In this document: one piece after another, positions 33,580 through 38,258 of the stretch
Layout of the letters: each line of letters starts with the position of its first letter
Position numbering within the stretch: position 1 is the stretch's first letter
Program-made: the position numbers and the translations under genes
Notes under the pieces: generated by a model
Told to the model about the DNA's origin: nothing
Seen by the model: the letters and a program-made list of their open reading frames with translations, nothing else
The model's database searches: none
Origin: a virus
Lineage: Duplodnaviria; Caudoviricetes
Strand: one strand, 5' to 3'
DNA length: 38,258 nt
IMG/VR virus record: IMGVR_UViG_3300027751_000029
Coordinates: 1 to 38,258 of that record

Positions 33580-34575
33580 ATGGCATCACCAGGACAAGGA
33601 TATTCATCCGGCAACTTTGGTGTGTTTTCGGAATTGGTCACAACCACATACCGCAATCACAGCAAGGACATTACGGACAACGTAACAAAACACAATGCGC
33701 TTTTTCGTCGTTTATCTGAGGGCGGCAATGTCCGTCTGGAAGATAGCGGCTTAAGCATCGTTCAACCTTTGGAATATGCAGCAAATAGCACATACCAACG
33801 CTATTCAGGCTACGACGTCCTGAACATTGGCGCGGTCGATGTGTTGTCAGCCGCTGAATTCCCATGGCGTCAAGTCGCCGTGAATCTTGCGGTTTCCGGC
33901 TTGGAAATGCGCACGAACAGCGGTGAGAATCGCATCATTAACTTTGTCAAAGCCAAGGTTAAGAACGCGCAGCACTCCCTCGCAAACGGCTTATCCACTG
34001 ATATTTATTCGGATGGCACGGCATCGAACCAGATCAACGGCTTGCAAGCGCTTGTAGCTGATGCAGGAACGGGCACAGTGGGCGGCATTAACAGCTCCAC
34101 TTACTCATTCTGGCAAAACGTTGTGCAATCGGCTGCGGCTCCATTGCAAGGCGGTTCCGCAATCACGCCATCTGCAACGACCATTGAATCATTGATGTTG
34201 CCGTTGTGGATTCGCCTAACTCGCGGCATGGACACACCGGATTTAATTGTCATGTCTGATGATTATTTCACGATGTTCGAGCAGTCACAATCAAGCTTGA
34301 AGCGCTACACCAGCGATGAAGGCGGTAGAGGCGGCATGATGTCAATGAAATACAAATCGGCTGATGTGTTCTTTGACTCGTCTGGCGGCATTCCTTCAGC
34401 TCACGCCTATTTCCTCAATACTAAATACATGAATCTCGTTGTGCATCAAGACGCCAACATGACCATGTTAGATGACGTTGAGTCCATCAACCAAGACGCG
34501 CTTGTGAAGACGATTATTTGGCAGGGTAACCTGACAGTTGGTAATCGCTCATTGCAAGGCGTGATGAAAGCTTAA
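33580..34575 (+). CDS. Major capsid protein
   Basis: DNVTKHNAL..RL, YSGYD.L, YSDGT....I.GL, YFLNT.Y motifs; TAAGGAG RBS; 331 aa. Confidence 0.9.
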   Translation: MASPGQGYSSGNFGVFSELVTTTYRNHSKDITDNVTKHNALFRRLSEGGNVRLEDSGLSIVQPLEYAANSTYQRYSGYDVLNIGAVDVLSAAEFPWRQVAVNLAVSGLEMRTNSGENRIINFVKAKVKNAQHSLANGLSTDIYSDGTASNQINGLQALVADAGTGTVGGINSSTYSFWQNVVQSAAAPLQGGSAITPSATTIESLMLPLWIRLTRGMDTPDLIVMSDDYFTMFEQSQSSLKRYTSDEGGRGGMMSMKYKSADVFFDSSGGIPSAHAYFLNTKYMNLVVHQDANMTMLDDVESINQDALVKTIIWQGNLTVGNRSLQGVMKA

Positions 34576-34587
34576 GGAGAATAAATA

Positions 34588-35301
34588 ATGTTTTCAGCTA
34601 TTACAGGTTTTGCTGGTACGCAGCCATTTAATGATTGGTTTGCGCCTGATACAACACAGCGCCATGTTTTAGGAACCCGCGTTCCTGCGGTGGACCCTTT
34701 CTGGGGCATGGGTGTATTTGTCTACATTAAATCAAACGATGCGATTCTAAAAGGTTCGCTGGTAATGATTGATGAGACATTCCAATGTGCTTTATTGCCA
34801 TCAACTGCTGGCCAAGGTTTTCCATTTGGCGTTGCTATGGCTCCAATGGCGTCAGGAACTTATGGTTGGATACAAGTTGAAGGCCGTGTTGTCTACAAGA
34901 CAAACGCAACCGTTGCAGCAGATACCGCAATCGCAGTTGCGGCGGCTGGCATCGCTGGCACCCTTGCCAATGGTAAGCAGTTATGCAATGTGCGTAACCG
35001 CATAGCTGCTACTGGCACAAAGACATTTACAGCACAAACCTATTCCGGTCTTGGATATGTGGATGTTAAAGCAGGATATGACGGGGCTTTCCTTGGTATG
35101 GCGCTGTCAGGAACTGGTATCCCTGCATCTACTTTTGTGGCGGGGCTAGACCCAGACGGTAAGCGTATTTATCTCGGTTCAGCAATCGCCACATTTGATA
35201 AGACGGCAACTGCAACAGGCAATATTACCTTAACAGGTACATATACCGGCTATGGTTCTGGAATTGTCAATAATCCTTTTGCCCAAGGTCAAGTAGTTTA
35301 A
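34588..35301 (+). CDS. Capsid decoration/cement-like protein
   Basis: LG....A.DP.WG.G.F.Y, GVAMA.......YGW.Q..G; follows capsid gene. Confidence 0.6.
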   Translation: MFSAITGFAGTQPFNDWFAPDTTQRHVLGTRVPAVDPFWGMGVFVYIKSNDAILKGSLVMIDETFQCALLPSTAGQGFPFGVAMAPMASGTYGWIQVEGRVVYKTNATVAADTAIAVAAAGIAGTLANGKQLCNVRNRIAATGTKTFTAQTYSGLGYVDVKAGYDGAFLGMALSGTGIPASTFVAGLDPDGKRIYLGSAIATFDKTATATGNITLTGTYTGYGSGIVNNPFAQGQVV

Positions 35302-35307
35302 CCTTTA

Positions 35308-35332
35308 GATGCCCCATTCGTGGGGCGTTTTT
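35308..35332 (+). terminator. Rho-independent terminator
   Basis: GATGCCCCA-TTCG-TGGGGCGTT + T run. Confidence 0.75.
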
Positions 35333-35390
35333 CATTGTGCTCACTCGAACACAATGCAAAACGAACGCTACCGTTCATTAAGGAGATTCA

Positions 35391-36002
35391 ATGGCTTACG
35401 ATCCAATGTCACGCGTACCTTTTTTCATGTTTGTAGACCGTGAACACGGTGCTGACCCTGTTAGATCACAAGAGGCAGGTTATGAAGTACCAAAGCTGGT
35501 CACTTTTATTTTGATCACGCCACACGGACACAAAGGCGATCCAATCGAGTTTTTCGCTGATGAGTTCATCGAGCGCAAAGGCAAAGAAGCCAAAGAAGGG
35601 CGTTATGACCACACGTGGGTGGCTGAATTTAAAGCAGGTTTGGCCGCATATCGCGAAGGACGTTCTATCCCGCGCCACGGTACACCATTGATCACATGGG
35701 AACGCATCCTGAAGACAAGGCGCGAACAGTTAGTCTCGAAATATCCAACAGTAGAAGACTTGGCCGCCGTGCCTGATTCGTCGATTGGTGAAATCGGTCT
35801 AGATGGCCGCGTATTGCGCGACATGGCAAAGGCTGACATCCAAGCAAAGAAAGACCTTTCGCCAGTCGTCAAAGAATTAGCAGACGCCAAAGAAGACAAC
35901 CGCCGATTACAAGACCAGATTGAAGCGCTCACTAAGCGGCTGGATTTAATGGACGGGGACAGGCAAAAGCGTCGTGGTAAATCAGAGTTAGAAACAGCGT
36001 AA
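35391..36002 (+). CDS. Conserved phage head-module protein
   Basis: S.EAG, GTPL..W, TVE.LA.V.D motifs, C-terminal coiled coil; TAAGGAG RBS. Confidence 0.7.
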   Translation: MAYDPMSRVPFFMFVDREHGADPVRSQEAGYEVPKLVTFILITPHGHKGDPIEFFADEFIERKGKEAKEGRYDHTWVAEFKAGLAAYREGRSIPRHGTPLITWERILKTRREQLVSKYPTVEDLAAVPDSSIGEIGLDGRVLRDMAKADIQAKKDLSPVVKELADAKEDNRRLQDQIEALTKRLDLMDGDRQKRRGKSELETA

Positions 36003-36012
36003 AGGAAAATAA

Positions 36013-36717
36013 ATGGCGCTTACGTGCTTGCAAATCATTCAGTCGGTATGTAAGCGTGTGGGCATCGCTTCGCCTTCTTTCGTCGTTGCTTCTAGCGATT
36101 TACAGATATTGCAAATATTAGAGCTGGCGAACGAGGAGGGGCAGGAACTTGCCAATCGTTCGCCATGGCAGGCATTACAAACAGAAACGACGTTCACGAC
36201 GGTGGCAACGCAAGTGCAGGGCACGCTGGCAACCATTGCGCCTAACTGTGACTACATCGTAAATAACACAATCTGGAATAGGTCATTACGTAGACCGATT
36301 TACGGCTCAAAGACTGAGCAAGACTGGCAGCAGGCCAAAGCCTTGGCAAGCAATGCGCCGTACAGTTCTTATCGTGTTTTTGGCGACTCCATCAATTTTT
36401 ATCCCGTGCCAGTAGCGGGGCAAACGTGCGCATTTGAATACGTGACGCGCAACTGGGTAACGACCGCATCAAGCACTTCAGCGACATGGACGGCTGATAC
36501 TGACACGCCAAAGCTCAACGATCAGTTAATCATCCTTGGCACGATATGGCGCTGGAAACATGCCAAAGGCTTGGATTACTCGGAAGACTTCGCAAAGTAT
36601 GAGCGGCGCGTTGTGGATGCGGTGAACCGTGACGCAAGTAAGCCGATATTAAGCATGGAAGGCGGCGCAGGCTACGACATTAACCCTGTTGTGATTATTC
36701 CTGCGGGTAGCTGGTAA
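36013..36717 (+). CDS. Head-tail adaptor (tail tubular A-like)
   Basis: LTCLQII, W..L..E..F.T, FEY, LI.LG..WRWK..KGLDY motifs. Confidence 0.75.
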   Translation: MALTCLQIIQSVCKRVGIASPSFVVASSDLQILQILELANEEGQELANRSPWQALQTETTFTTVATQVQGTLATIAPNCDYIVNNTIWNRSLRRPIYGSKTEQDWQQAKALASNAPYSSYRVFGDSINFYPVPVAGQTCAFEYVTRNWVTTASSTSATWTADTDTPKLNDQLIILGTIWRWKHAKGLDYSEDFAKYERRVVDAVNRDASKPILSMEGGAGYDINPVVIIPAGSW

Positions 36718-38258
36718 TGCGCGTCGCACAAAAACGAACTGGCAAGACGCAATCTGCCAGAACACTCTCTACACCGGCACCGATAGGCGGGTTAAATGCG
36801 CGTGATGCACTGGCCGCGATGCCGCCGAATGATGCGGTCACACTGGATAATTTTTTTCCGACACCGACTAGCGTTAATTTGCGCAACGGCTACACCAATT
36901 GGGTGACGGGCTTCAGCACACACGTTGAATCCCTTATGCCGTACAACAAGCCAAACGGCTTATCATCGCTATTTGCTGCAGCGGGAACGGCAATCTATGA
37001 CGCAACCTCTCAAGGGGCGGTAGGTGCGGCGGTGGTATCTGGGCAGACCAATGCACGATGGCAGCATGTGAACTATGGCACGACTGGCGGCCAGTATCTC
37101 GTTGCGGTCAATGGTGCTGATTCCCTTCAGTTGTACAACGGCACGGCATGGCAGGCAGTCACGGCGGTTTCGGCACCTATTGCAATTACAGGCGTCACAA
37201 CCTCGACAATTATTCATATCAACGTCTATAAAAACCGCCTTTATCTCATACCGAAAGACAGCTTGAGCGTTTGGTATATGCCCGTTAATTCGTTGGGTGG
37301 CGCGGCTTCGCAATTAGACCTTACGCCATTGTTCCGGCTTGGCGGCTATCTGATGGCAATGGCAACGTGGACGATCGACAATGCATCGGGCGTTGCAGAA
37401 TATGCCGTGTTCATCTCGTCACAAGGGGAAGTAGTTCTATATTCTGGCTCTGACCCCTCATCCTCGACAGAATGGAATATTGTCGCCACGTTCAGAGTTG
37501 GCCGTCCAGTGGGAAGACGTTGTTTTGTTAAAGTCGGCTCTGACCTTATCATTTTGGGCGCTGACGGATTTTACCCATTGTCACGCGCACTACTGACAGA
37601 TAGAAGCCAGTCACAAGACGCAATCAGCAACAAGATTGTGAACCTCGTTAGTAACGACGTGCAGAACTACGGCGCTAATTTTGGATGGGAAGCAGTATTG
37701 CACCCAATCGGCTCGAAATTAATTGTCAATGTGCCGCAAGCAGCAAACGCAACACAATACCAATACGTACAGAACACGATTAGCGGTGCGTGGTGCAGGT
37801 TCACAGGGTGGAACGCCAATTGTTTTGCCGTGATGGGTGATTCTCTTTATTTCGGCGGCAATCTTGGCGCAACAGCGAATTCGGCGTATGTCGCAAAAGC
37901 TGACGTAGGCTATTCAGACAACGGCGCGTACATCTTTGGTGAAGTAAAAACGGCGTTCCAGTATTTCGGAAAAACTGGACAACTGAAACACATGAAAATG
38001 GTTCGCCCTGTCTTTAGCACGACGGGCACGATGAAAGCGGTCATTGGCATTGATATGGATTTTGCCGATAAGTACCCAGAAGGCACACCGACATTTTCAG
38101 GATCAGCGGGTACAGCGTGGAATACTGGCGCCTGGAACTCATTTGCTTGGGGTGATGCCTCAACAGTTAAAAAAGACTGGCAGGGTGTGACGGGCATAGG
38201 TTATGCGGCAGCACTGCACATGCGCATCGTGAACAACCAAAGTTATGTGCAATGGCAA
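36717..38258 (+). CDS. Tail hub / DNA stabilisation protein (P22 gp10 / tubular B-like), continues to 168
   Basis: PAPIGGLNARD.LA.M...DAV.LDNFFP start; absent from the ORF track because its stop lies across the junction; about 526 aa in total. Confidence 0.8.
   Translation, partial: MRVAQKRTGKTQSARTLSTPAPIGGLNARDALAAMPPNDAVTLDNFFPTPTSVNLRNGYTNWVTGFSTHVESLMPYNKPNGLSSLFAAAGTAIYDATSQGAVGAAVVSGQTNARWQHVNYGTTGGQYLVAVNGADSLQLYNGTAWQAVTAVSAPIAITGVTTSTIIHINVYKNRLYLIPKDSLSVWYMPVNSLGGAASQLDLTPLFRLGGYLMAMATWTIDNASGVAEYAVFISSQGEVVLYSGSDPSSSTEWNIVATFRVGRPVGRRCFVKVGSDLIILGADGFYPLSRALLTDRSQSQDAISNKIVNLVSNDVQNYGANFGWEAVLHPIGSKLIVNVPQAANATQYQYVQNTISGAWCRFTGWNANCFAVMGDSLYFGGNLGATANSAYVAKADVGYSDNGAYIFGEVKTAFQYFGKTGQLKHMKMVRPVFSTTGTMKAVIGIDMDFADKYPEGTPTFSGSAGTAWNTGAWNSFAWGDASTVKKDWQGVTGIGYAAALHMRIVNNQSYVQWQ
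38130..38258. repeat. Terminal direct repeat (assembly overlap), copy 2
   Basis: Matches 1-129 with one mismatch. Confidence 0.95.

Noticed and set aside
38130-38258. Biological direct terminal repeat of the virion DNA
   Set aside because: Falls mid-gene and is about one assembly k-mer long; better explained as circularisation overlap

Overview
The window is an essentially complete, circularly assembled genome (~38.1 kb; bases 1-129 repeat 38130-38258 with one mismatch) of a temperate, short-tailed (P22/podovirus-like) phage, probably infecting a Proteobacterium (Betaproteobacteria suspected, not proven). Gene order: ejection proteins, tail fibre, lysis cassette (holins, M15 endolysin, Rz/Rz1), attP + tyrosine integrase/Xis, leftward early operon (Sak4-like ATPase/SSB), cI/cro switch with five 15-bp operators, replication and nin-like genes, Q-like regulator, terminase, portal, head-decoration genes, scaffold, capsid, adaptor and tail hub. 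Most notable: (1) an attP whose apparent core is only a tRNA-Val anticodon stem-loop, followed by a complete but recoded tRNA-Val(CAC) that could replace the host tRNA broken by integration; (2) a counter-oriented moron with acr-aca architecture (operator-bearing promoter, two small unknown ORFs, Aca-like HTH), followed by an unexplained five-unit ~28-bp-period repeat array; (3) a ~430-nt cluster of GNRA hairpins and tRNA-like folds in the PL leader. All protein calls come from motif recognition and synteny; no database searches were run.
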